22,467 nt of DNA from Candidatus Eiseniibacteriota bacterium (GTDB lineage Bacteria > Eisenbacteria > RBG-16-71-46 > DASYSL01), in the NCBI GenBank assembly GCA_031431875.1, contig JANPEF010000064.1:1-22467 (forward strand). Reading direction: 5' to 3'. The translations under genes were made by a program, and so were the position numbers. Below, piece by piece: positions 8,036 through 15,274 of the stretch (its first letter is position 1; each line of letters begins with the position of its first letter). The notes under the pieces are model-generated. The model made no database searches. It saw nothing but the letters and a program-made list of their open reading frames with translations, and was not told where the DNA came from.

Positions 8036-9354
8036 AATCCGGGCCGGCGCTGCTCGCCGCCTACCTTGCCGTCGCCCTGGGGCTCGCGATCGCGGCCCCC
8101 TGGACCGGGCAATCGGAGCGCTTCGCCGCATTCGCCGCCGCTGCCGGCGCACTGGCACTCGCCGTCGGCATCGGCGGTCGCACGCTCCCCGGTGGTCGCC
8201 GCGGGATCCTGTTGATCGTCGCCATCGCCGGGCTCGTCCGCCTGCCGCTCCTCGCCGCTCCGCCCACGCTCTCCGACGACGTGTACCGCTACGTCGTGGA
8301 CGGCCACCTGTGGATCCAGGGCCGCGACGCGTACAGCACCCCGCCCGCGGCCGTGGGTGCGGCGGGGGGCCTGCGCAATGCGATCGCCGACTCGGCCCTC
8401 GCCCGCGTCAACCATCCTGACCTGGCCACCATCTATCCGCCGTTCGCCGAGGCCACCTGGACCGCGCTCGCCGCGGCGGGCCTCGGCGAGCGCGGCTTCC
8501 GCGCGTTCTTCGCGCTGTGTGATCTCGTCACCGCGGCCGCGCTCGGACGCATCCTCGTGCGCCGCGGCCGCTCGCCGTGGCCCGCCGCGCTGTTCGCGTT
8601 CCACCCGCTTGCAATCCTCGAATCCGCGGGCTCGGGCCACGCCGAGGCGTTCGCCTGCGCGCTTCTCGCCGTCGCCTGGGAGCGCGCCGAGGCCGGACGG
8701 CGTGGGCTCTCGACCCTGGCGTGGATCGCCGCCGCGGGCGTCAAGCCGCTGGCGCTGGTGGCCCTGGCGTTTCTCGCACCGGGCTGGGGGCGCGGGCGGA
8801 CGCTGTTCGCCGCCGCCCTCGTCGCGGTGCAGTACGCGCTGCTGGCGTGGGCGAGCGGCCGCGCCGGCGAAGCGAGCGGGCTCTTCACCTACCTGGCGAC
8901 CTGGCAGCACAACGACCTGCTGTTCGACGGCGCGCTGGCGATCGGACTCGCGCCCGGCTTCGCTCGTGCTTTCTACGTCGTCCTCGGAGTGGCCCTGGCC
9001 ACGCTGTTGCTCGTGCGGCGCACGCCACCGATCGAGGGTTACGCCTGGGTGACCGCGTGGGTCCTGCTCGCTTCGCCCGTGCTGCACCCGTGGTACGCGC
9101 TGGGCCTGCTCGTGGCAGTCCCCGTGCTCGAGCGCCGCGGTCCGCGAGCGACCGGCTTCGCGCTGGCGCTCGCCGTTCTCGCCACGTACGTTGTGCCCAC
9201 GGCGGCAGGGGACACGCCGGGCTTCCGCCTCCTGCCGCTGTCGACCCGCCTCGCCGAACTCGCGCCGATCCTGGTCGTGGGAATCGTCGAGGCTGCGGCG
9301 GCCCTGCGCGCGCGCGACCGCGGCCGCGTTCGACCGCTGTCCAACCCGGCGTGA
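8032..9354 (+). CDS. Polytopic membrane GT-C-fold glycosyltransferase (GT87/DUF2029-like)
   Basis: GTG start overlapping the upstream stop (GTGA). Motifs LSDDVYRYVVDG, TIYPP, HPLAILESAGSGHAE, VKP and SPVLHPWY. Many hydrophobic segments. About 440 aa. Confidence 0.8.
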   Translation: MKSGPALLAAYLAVALGLAIAAPWTGQSERFAAFAAAAGALALAVGIGGRTLPGGRRGILLIVAIAGLVRLPLLAAPPTLSDDVYRYVVDGHLWIQGRDAYSTPPAAVGAAGGLRNAIADSALARVNHPDLATIYPPFAEATWTALAAAGLGERGFRAFFALCDLVTAAALGRILVRRGRSPWPAALFAFHPLAILESAGSGHAEAFACALLAVAWERAEAGRRGLSTLAWIAAAGVKPLALVALAFLAPGWGRGRTLFAAALVAVQYALLAWASGRAGEASGLFTYLATWQHNDLLFDGALAIGLAPGFARAFYVVLGVALATLLLVRRTPPIEGYAWVTAWVLLASPVLHPWYALGLLVAVPVLERRGPRATGFALALAVLATYVVPTAAGDTPGFRLLPLSTRLAELAPILVVGIVEAAAALRARDRGRVRPLSNPA

Positions 9355-9387
9355 GGCGCGCCGAACCCAGACTGCCGGGGAGGACCC

Positions 9388-9906
9388 GTGAACGAAACCA
9401 GCAGACTCGATGGCCGGATGATCCGGCGACACCTTTTCGCCTCCGGCATTGTTCTCGTGCTCTTCGTCACCACGTCGTGCACCCCGAATTCCGCGCCGGT
9501 CGATCCCATCGACACCGTCGCGCTGGCGCAGGCGCTGACGCAGCTCGATGACGACTGGTCGCGGGCCGCCGCGACCCGGGACGCCGCAGCGGTCGGCGCC
9601 TTCTACGCCGCCGACGCGGTCGCGTATCCGCCGAACGAGCCCGTGGCGGTCGGCCAGGCGGCCGCGCAAGAGGTGTGGGCCGCGTATTTCGCCGACTCGA
9701 CGTTTACCATCTCCTGGACGACGAACCACGCCGAGGTGGCGAAGAGCGGCGAGCTGGGCTTCACGGCCGGCACCTACGAGGATTCCTACCGCGGGCCCGA
9801 CGGTGCCATGGTCCTCGAGAAGGGCAAGTACCTGTGCGTCTGGGCGAGGCAGGCGGACGGATCGTGGAAGGCCGTTCACGACATGTGGAACACGGATCCG
9901 AAGTAG
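9388..9906 (+). CDS. NTF2-like/SnoaL-like (DUF4440, YybH-type) protein, probable lipoprotein
   Basis: GGGAGG RBS before GTG. Hydrophobic stretch ending ...VTTSC. Motifs FYAADA, SGELGFTAGTY and GKYLCVWARQADGSWKAVHDMWN. Confidence 0.85.
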   Translation: MNETSRLDGRMIRRHLFASGIVLVLFVTTSCTPNSAPVDPIDTVALAQALTQLDDDWSRAAATRDAAAVGAFYAADAVAYPPNEPVAVGQAAAQEVWAAYFADSTFTISWTTNHAEVAKSGELGFTAGTYEDSYRGPDGAMVLEKGKYLCVWARQADGSWKAVHDMWNTDPK

Positions 9907-9943
9907 GCTCCATCAGTAGGCTCCTCGCCTCGGAGGTGCGGTG

Positions 9944-10369
9944 ATGCAGTGGAAGGCCGTCCGCGAAGGCTACGTGATCCGCTTCCTGCACGGCGAGGAC
10001 CTGGTCGGCGGGCTCCTCGCCTTCGCCCGCACGCACGCGATCGAGGGAGCGTGGGTGAACGCGCTCGGCGCGATCGTCGATCCCGAGCTCGGCTACTACC
10101 ACCTGGACCGCTGCGCCTACACGCGCCAGGTCTTCGCCGGCGAGTGGGAGATCACCGCGATCGTCGGCAATCTGGGCCGTCACGAGGGCGAGCCCGTGCT
10201 GCACGTCCATGCGACGATTGGCGGGGTGGACTTCACGACCCGCGGGGGACACTTGTTCGCGGGCAGGGCGGGGGCGACCTGCGAGGTCTTCCTCCGGCTG
10301 CTCGGGGTGCCGCTCGAACGGAAGCTCGATCCGGAGATGGGACTGATTCTCTGGTCCCTCGAGAGCTAG
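9944..10369 (+). CDS. PPC domain (DUF296) protein
   Basis: GGAGGTG RBS; start is ATG 9944 or GTG 9941. Motifs IRFLHGEDLV, ALGA, WEITAIVGNL, LHVHATIG, GGHL and TCEVFL. Confidence 0.88.
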   Translation: MQWKAVREGYVIRFLHGEDLVGGLLAFARTHAIEGAWVNALGAIVDPELGYYHLDRCAYTRQVFAGEWEITAIVGNLGRHEGEPVLHVHATIGGVDFTTRGGHLFAGRAGATCEVFLRLLGVPLERKLDPEMGLILWSLES

Positions 10370-10391
10370 CCGCGAAGCGGCAGGATGAATA

Positions 10392-10424
10392 AAAGGCCCC
10401 CGATCGCGACGATCGGGGGCCTTT
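10392..10424. terminator. Bidirectional intrinsic terminator between convergent genes
   Basis: Perfect 15-bp inverted repeat AAAGGCCCCCGATCG-cga-CGATCGGGGGCCTTT with A/T tracts on both sides. Confidence 0.85.
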
Positions 10425-10445
10425 CAACTTCGCTTCCCGCCGAGC

Positions 10446-11045
10446 TCAGAGCTTGCGCTTCTCGATCGTCACCTTCTCCATCACGACCTTGTCGATCGGG
10501 TTGTCGCGCGCGTCGCGCGGCACCGCCACGATCTTGTCCACCACCTCGATCCCCTCGACCACCTGCCCGAACACCGAGTACTTTCCGTCGAGCGCCGGCT
10601 GCGGGCGCACGCAGAGGAAGAACTGGCTCGAGGCGCTGTTCGGGTCGTTCGCCCGCGCCATCGACACGGTGCCGCGGAGGTGCTTGTTGGCGTTGAACTC
10701 GGCGGGGATGTTCTTTCCCGATCCGCCCAGGCCGTCGTTGCTGCGGTCGGCATCCTTCGAGTTGGGGTCGCCGCCCTGGATCATGAAGCCCGGGATGACC
10801 CGATGGAACGTCGTGCCGTCATAGAACTTCGCGGTGGCCAGGGCCTTGAAGTTGGCGACGTGAAGTGGCGCATCCTTGTCGTTGAAGCGGAGGACGATCG
10901 TGCCGAGGCTGGTCTTGAGGACGGCGACATCCTCGGCGCCCTTGGCCGCGGCGGTGGTCTTGGCCTTGTCGGCGGCGTCGGCGTCGAACGAACCCATGGC
11001 GAGGCCTCCAAGGACGAGCACGGACAGGATGGAGAAGAGCTTCAT
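10446..11045 (-). CDS. Cyclophilin-type peptidyl-prolyl cis-trans isomerase with a signal peptide
   Basis: Motifs APLHVANF, FYDGTTFHRVIPGFMIQGGDP, HLRGTVSMAR, SASSQFF and LDGKYSVFGQVVEG. GAGGAGG RBS. Confidence 0.95.
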   Translation of the reverse strand: MKLFSILSVLVLGGLAMGSFDADAADKAKTTAAAKGAEDVAVLKTSLGTIVLRFNDKDAPLHVANFKALATAKFYDGTTFHRVIPGFMIQGGDPNSKDADRSNDGLGGSGKNIPAEFNANKHLRGTVSMARANDPNSASSQFFLCVRPQPALDGKYSVFGQVVEGIEVVDKIVAVPRDARDNPIDKVVMEKVTIEKRKL

Positions 11046-11086
11046 CGAGCAACCTCCTCGTGGCGGATGACTTTCAGGACCTGATC

Positions 11087-11115
11087 AGGATAGCGGGGTC
11101 GGTGAGTGCGGTCAA
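11087..11115 (-). promoter_or_regulatory. Putative sigma70-type promoter for the cyclophilin gene
   Basis: Minus strand TTGACC (11115-11110)-17 nt-TATCCT (11092-11087), about 40 nt upstream of the ATG. Confidence 0.65.
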
Positions 11116-11134
11116 GCCACGCTCCTGCAATCGC

Positions 11135-11163
11135 TTGGCCGCCGCGAAGGGGGGTGCTAGACT
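11135..11163 (+). promoter_or_regulatory. Putative rightward promoter overlapping the pgeF stop codon (antisense to pgeF)
   Basis: TTGGCC (11135-11140)-17 nt-TAGACT (11158-11163) with extended -10 TGn. Same -10 hexamer as at 4017. Confidence 0.45.
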
Positions 11164-11991
11164 GCGCCTTCGGTGTCCTGTCGCGGACCGGCCCGGCGGA
11201 GGGCAATCAGGCCCCAGGCCCGCCCCGTCCGGCCATGGTCCCGACGATGCGAATAGTACGACGTCGCGTCGCATGCCGTGCAGTGGCCGACGTCGGCAAC
11301 TCGGGAGACGGCAAGCCCGGCGGCTGCGAGTTGGGCGCGCACCGCAGCGGCGAGGTCCACGAAATGGCGGGCCGCCGTTGCGTCGGGGGGCGGCGCGGAA
11401 CGCACGAAGGTGGGATCGAAGCGCGCGGCCACGTCCGGACCCACGGCAAAGCAGCACGGGCCGATGCGCGGACCGAGCGCGGCGCGCAACCGCACCGTCG
11501 GGACGCCGGCGTGGACCATCGCCTCGACGAGACGGGGGACCACGCCCGCGACGGTACCGCGCCAGCCAGCATGTGCGGCGCCGACGGCGTGGCCCTCGGC
11601 GTCCCACAGGAGCACAGCCAGACAGTCCGCCGCGCCGACGGCGAGGACCAGGTCGGGGATGCGCGTGACGAGGGCGTCGCCGGTGCCGGCCAGACCCGGT
11701 CCCCGCGGCGTGAGAACATGGGCCCCGTGCACCTGCGTCGCCCAGGCGACGCGGGCCGGATCGAGATCGAGCGCGCCGAGCAGCCGGGCGCGATTGTCGT
11801 GCACGTGGCGGGGATCGTCGCCGACGCCCTCGCTGAGATTCAGCGCATCGAACGGGGCGTCGCTCACCCCGCCCCGCCGCGTGCTGAACGCGGCGACGGG
11901 CGTGAAGGCGCCGCCGCCATCAGGGGAGACCCGGACGTAGCCCGGAGTCGTCGAAAGGATCCACGCGGACATGATGCCTCGCAGTCTAGCA
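11155..11991. repeat. 12-bp perfect inverted repeats bracketing pgeF (11155-11166 and 11980-11991)
   Basis: TGCTAGACTGCG at 11155-11166 and its reverse complement CGCAGTCTAGCA at 11980-11991. Confidence 0.85.
11157..11972 (-). CDS. pgeF: Peptidoglycan editing factor PgeF / YfiH-LACC1 family (multi-copper polyphenol oxidoreductase laccase-like domain)
   Basis: Motifs FSTRRGGVS, LNL, QVHG, ADC, AHAGWRG, GPRIGPCC, CTAC and YYSHRRD..TGR. ATG at 11972 gives 271 aa, and there is no in-frame start between it and the first conserved motif. The longer ORF to 12164 runs into the opposite gene. Confidence 0.9.
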   Translation of the reverse strand: MSAWILSTTPGYVRVSPDGGGAFTPVAAFSTRRGGVSDAPFDALNLSEGVGDDPRHVHDNRARLLGALDLDPARVAWATQVHGAHVLTPRGPGLAGTGDALVTRIPDLVLAVGAADCLAVLLWDAEGHAVGAAHAGWRGTVAGVVPRLVEAMVHAGVPTVRLRAALGPRIGPCCFAVGPDVAARFDPTFVRSAPPPDATAARHFVDLAAAVRAQLAAAGLAVSRVADVGHCTACDATSYYSHRRDHGRTGRAWGLIALRRAGPRQDTEGAV

Positions 11992-14913
11992 AAGCCGTCG
12001 CTCATCGCGCTCCTCGTCGTCGCTGCCTTCGTACTGCCGGTCCTCGTCCTCGGCCAGGCGGGCGGCGGATCCCCGAAGCGAAGCAGGCCGGCCAGCGCTG
12101 CCGATCCGGTGGTCGCCCGGGTGAACGGCAGGGAGATCCATCGCGCCGAGATCGACGCGCGCAAGGCGCGGGGCCTCGATGACTACGAGCGCGAGACCGG
12201 TCGCGCGGCGCCGCCGACGTTTGACCTGTTCTTCCAGCGCATCGCCCTCGACGAGGCCGTCCGCGAACGCCTGCTCGCGGGGGAGGCGCGCGCCCGCGGC
12301 TACACCGTCAGCGACGCGCGCGTCGACTCGATGCTCCAGCGCGACGAGGCGTTCCGCCCCGCTGGGACATTCGACCCGGCGCGCTTCGCGGCCTACCGTC
12401 GGGACAACCCGAAGAGCTACGCACTGGTGCGCGAGCAGGCGACCGACTTCCTGCTCTTTCAGCGGCGAGCCGCCGAGCTCGAACGCGAACTCGCGCCCGA
12501 TGCGGCGACGCTCGACCGACTGGTCGCCCGCCGGACGGACAAGCTGCGGATCCAGACCGCACTGGTCAGCGACCTGCAGTTCGACGGCGCGCACGATGCG
12601 ACCGACGAGGAGCTGCGCGCCTACTACGCGAAGAACCGCGATGCGTTCGCCGCCCCGGCGCGCCTCTCGTACACGGCGCTCGTGTTCCCCGCCGATGACG
12701 GGGGCCGCATCTCGGCGCCGGGACTGAAGCGGGCGCGCGAGGGCGCCGATGCGCTCCTGGCTGATCTGCGCGGGGGCGTGTCGTTCGACTCCGCGGCGCG
12801 GCGCACCGATCTCGTCCCGACGCGCGGGCTGTGGGGCCAGGGTCAGGTCAGCGGCGTCTTCGCGCGGTCGCCCGAGTGGGCGGATAGCGCCTTCGCCTCC
12901 CCGTCGGGCCGCGTCCTGCCGCGCAGCTTCGAGGTCGACGATGGCTACGCGGTCGTCCGGGTCGAGCACAATGCCTCGCGCGAGGTGCCGCGACTGGTCG
13001 ACATCACGCCCGAGGTCCGGGCCCGCTGGCGCGCCGAAGCCATCGAGCGCGAAGCCCGCACGCTGAACCATCGCTGGTACGACACGCATGCGGATTCCTT
13101 CGTGGTCCCGACTCGCAGCGTGCGCTGGGCGCGGGTCGATACGGGGCAGGTGCGGGTGTCCACGCCGAGCGACGACGAACTGCGCACCTGGTTCGCCGCA
13201 CACTCGAGCGAGTTCGCGCGACTCGATCCGACCGGGGGTGGCGTGCGCATGCAGCCCTTCGAGGAGGCGCGCGGCGAAGTGCTGGAGCGCGTGCAGATCG
13301 AGAGGCGGATCGCCACCGCCCGGGCCCTCGCCGACCGGGTCGCCGTCGACTGGGCGCGCGGCAAGGGCGGCCCCGGGCGCACCGACGGGCTCGCGTCCGG
13401 CGGCCCGGCCCCGCTCGTCGTCGGCGGTGCGCTTCCGCCGGGCCTGCGCCGCGACCTGGCCGACAGCGCTTTGAGCTGGAACGCAGCGCCCCGGGCGATC
13501 GTGACCGCCGATCCGCGCGGCTTCGCCGTCGTCGGACTGATCCGACTCGATCGCGCGGTCCGCGCTCCGTTCGAGGCGGTCGAGCCACAGGTGGCCGCCG
13601 CCGTGGCGCGCGAGCGGGATGCGGCGACCGAGCAGGCCGCGCGCGCGCACTACGCCGCCCACCCCGAGCGCTACCGCACCAGTGTCGGCTATGCGATCAC
13701 CTACGCAACCGCGCCGCCGGCTCCGCTCTCGCGCGTCGACGTGCCAACCGACGTGATCGAACGCCACTACCGGGAGCATCCGCTGGACTTCGGCACGCCG
13801 GCCGAGGTTCACGTCCGCCACCTGCTCGTCGGCACCGCCAATCGCAGCCCAGCCGACGCGATGGCGCTGGCCACCAGGCTGCGCGCGCGCATCGTGCAGG
13901 GCGAGCGGCTGTCCGACCTGGCGCGGACGGTCTCGGACGATCCGGGAAGCCGCGAGCGTGGCGGCGACCTGGGCTGGATCCGCCGTGGCTCCACCGTGCC
14001 CGAGTTCGAGCGCGCCGCCTTTGCCCTGACCAGGACCGCACCGCTGTCGCCGCCGATCCGCTCGGAGTTCGGCGTGCACCTGCTCGAGCTGGTCGAGCGC
14101 CGCGATGCGGTGATCAAGCCATACGAAGAGGTCCGCCTCGGGATCGCCATGAAGCTCGCAGAGCAGTACGCCGACACGATTGGAAGGAAGGCGGCCGAGG
14201 CGCTGCGGGCCGACGCGAAGGACATTCCCGAGTTCCTGCGCCTGGCCGAGGAGCGAAAGATTCCGACCGCCCTGGGACGCTGGTACGAGGGGTTGCCGCT
14301 GGTCGGCGCGGCGACTCTCGACGCGGTGCGCGCCGACGCAGCGAACACCGAGCCCGGGCAGCCGCTTCCCGGGGTCTACCGCTACCTGCAGTTTGGTTAC
14401 ATCGTGGCATTCCTCGACTCGCTGTTGCCGGCGCGCCCGCTCGAGTACGCCGAGTGCGCGGCGCGCGCCCGCGAAGACGTGCAGGCCGGGGCGCGACGTG
14501 CCGTGGCGAACCAGCGCATCGAGGCGGCAACTACGGCGCTGGCCGCGGGGCGCCCGTGGAGCGAGGCGACCGAGACGATCGGCGGCACGGTCGATCCGTA
14601 CCTGCTCGGCTACGGTGAGCCGCTGCCCGGCCAGGGCGAGATCCCCGGGCTCGACTCGGCCTTGTTCGGCCCGGACGCCGCGCCGACGGGTGGGGTACGC
14701 CGGCTGACCACGCCACGCGGCGAGTTGCTCCTCCAGGTCGTCGAGCGCGTCCCCGCCGCCGCCGAGGCGAAGACCCGCGAGCGCGAGAAGGTGCGGCGCG
14801 TCGTGCTCAATCGCCGCATCTACGACCACGTCGAGGAGCTGCGCGCCGCCGCCCGCATCGAGGTCCTGCGTCCCGAGCTGGCGGAACGACCGCCGGCGCC
14901 GCCGCAGATCTGA
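11971..14913 (+). CDS. Large exported parvulin-type PPIase/chaperone (PpiD/SurA-like), 980 aa
   Basis: N-terminal signal/TM segment followed by VVARVNGREI (SurA-N-like). One clear rotamase domain, VHVRHLLV...LARTVSDDPGSRERGGDLGW...VPEFERAAF...PIRSEFGVHLL (about 13807-14100). C-terminal ...EELRAAARIEV. Possible SD AAGGA at 11955-11959. Confidence 0.88.
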   Translation: MMPRSLAKPSLIALLVVAAFVLPVLVLGQAGGGSPKRSRPASAADPVVARVNGREIHRAEIDARKARGLDDYERETGRAAPPTFDLFFQRIALDEAVRERLLAGEARARGYTVSDARVDSMLQRDEAFRPAGTFDPARFAAYRRDNPKSYALVREQATDFLLFQRRAAELERELAPDAATLDRLVARRTDKLRIQTALVSDLQFDGAHDATDEELRAYYAKNRDAFAAPARLSYTALVFPADDGGRISAPGLKRAREGADALLADLRGGVSFDSAARRTDLVPTRGLWGQGQVSGVFARSPEWADSAFASPSGRVLPRSFEVDDGYAVVRVEHNASREVPRLVDITPEVRARWRAEAIEREARTLNHRWYDTHADSFVVPTRSVRWARVDTGQVRVSTPSDDELRTWFAAHSSEFARLDPTGGGVRMQPFEEARGEVLERVQIERRIATARALADRVAVDWARGKGGPGRTDGLASGGPAPLVVGGALPPGLRRDLADSALSWNAAPRAIVTADPRGFAVVGLIRLDRAVRAPFEAVEPQVAAAVARERDAATEQAARAHYAAHPERYRTSVGYAITYATAPPAPLSRVDVPTDVIERHYREHPLDFGTPAEVHVRHLLVGTANRSPADAMALATRLRARIVQGERLSDLARTVSDDPGSRERGGDLGWIRRGSTVPEFERAAFALTRTAPLSPPIRSEFGVHLLELVERRDAVIKPYEEVRLGIAMKLAEQYADTIGRKAAEALRADAKDIPEFLRLAEERKIPTALGRWYEGLPLVGAATLDAVRADAANTEPGQPLPGVYRYLQFGYIVAFLDSLLPARPLEYAECAARAREDVQAGARRAVANQRIEAATTALAAGRPWSEATETIGGTVDPYLLGYGEPLPGQGEIPGLDSALFGPDAAPTGGVRRLTTPRGELLLQVVERVPAAAEAKTREREKVRRVVLNRRIYDHVEELRAAARIEVLRPELAERPPAPPQI

Positions 14914-14929
14914 GCCCGGAGCCAGCGCC

Positions 14930-15274
14930 ATGGACGGACGTTTCCCCGAGCGGGCGCGCCTCGCCCTCGTCGATCTCGACGCGGCGCGGCTCGACCGCGT
15001 GCGCACGGTCGTCGCGACGCACGCCGCGAGGGAGAACCGCACCGAGGCCGAGGTGCGCCTCGTCGTCAGCCCCGATCGCACGACGCTGCCGTGGCGCTGG
15101 GCCGCGCTCGCCGGCGTGCCGCGCGCGGGCGAGGTCGCCGCATTGGCGGAGACCGTGATCGACATCGTCCTGGTCGCCGACGAAAGCCCGCGCGCCGACG
15201 CCTGCGCGCGCCTCGCTGCCGCGCTCGGCGCCCGCGTGCTGCGCGTTCCCTTGCCGGCGGGAGCCCGCCTGTGA
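14930..15274 (+). CDS. Hypothetical protein (114 aa) translationally coupled to mutL
   Basis: Fills the gap between two + strand genes, has GGAG upstream and GC-rich third codon positions, and its stop overlaps the mutL GTG (GTGA). Confidence 0.65.
   Translation: MDGRFPERARLALVDLDAARLDRVRTVVATHAARENRTEAEVRLVVSPDRTTLPWRWAALAGVPRAGEVAALAETVIDIVLVADESPRADACARLAAALGARVLRVPLPAGARL

Noticed and set aside
2135..9879. Other long alternative-frame ORFs (for example 2135-3838 +, 4004-5647 +, 5705-8158 -, 7543-9879 -)
   Set aside because: They overlap well-supported genes and show the low-complexity, Arg-rich composition typical of GC-rich shadow frames.
10385..10430. Small RNA or MITE at the 15-bp hairpin
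   Set aside because: It is fully explained as a bidirectional terminator between convergent genes and is single-copy in the window.
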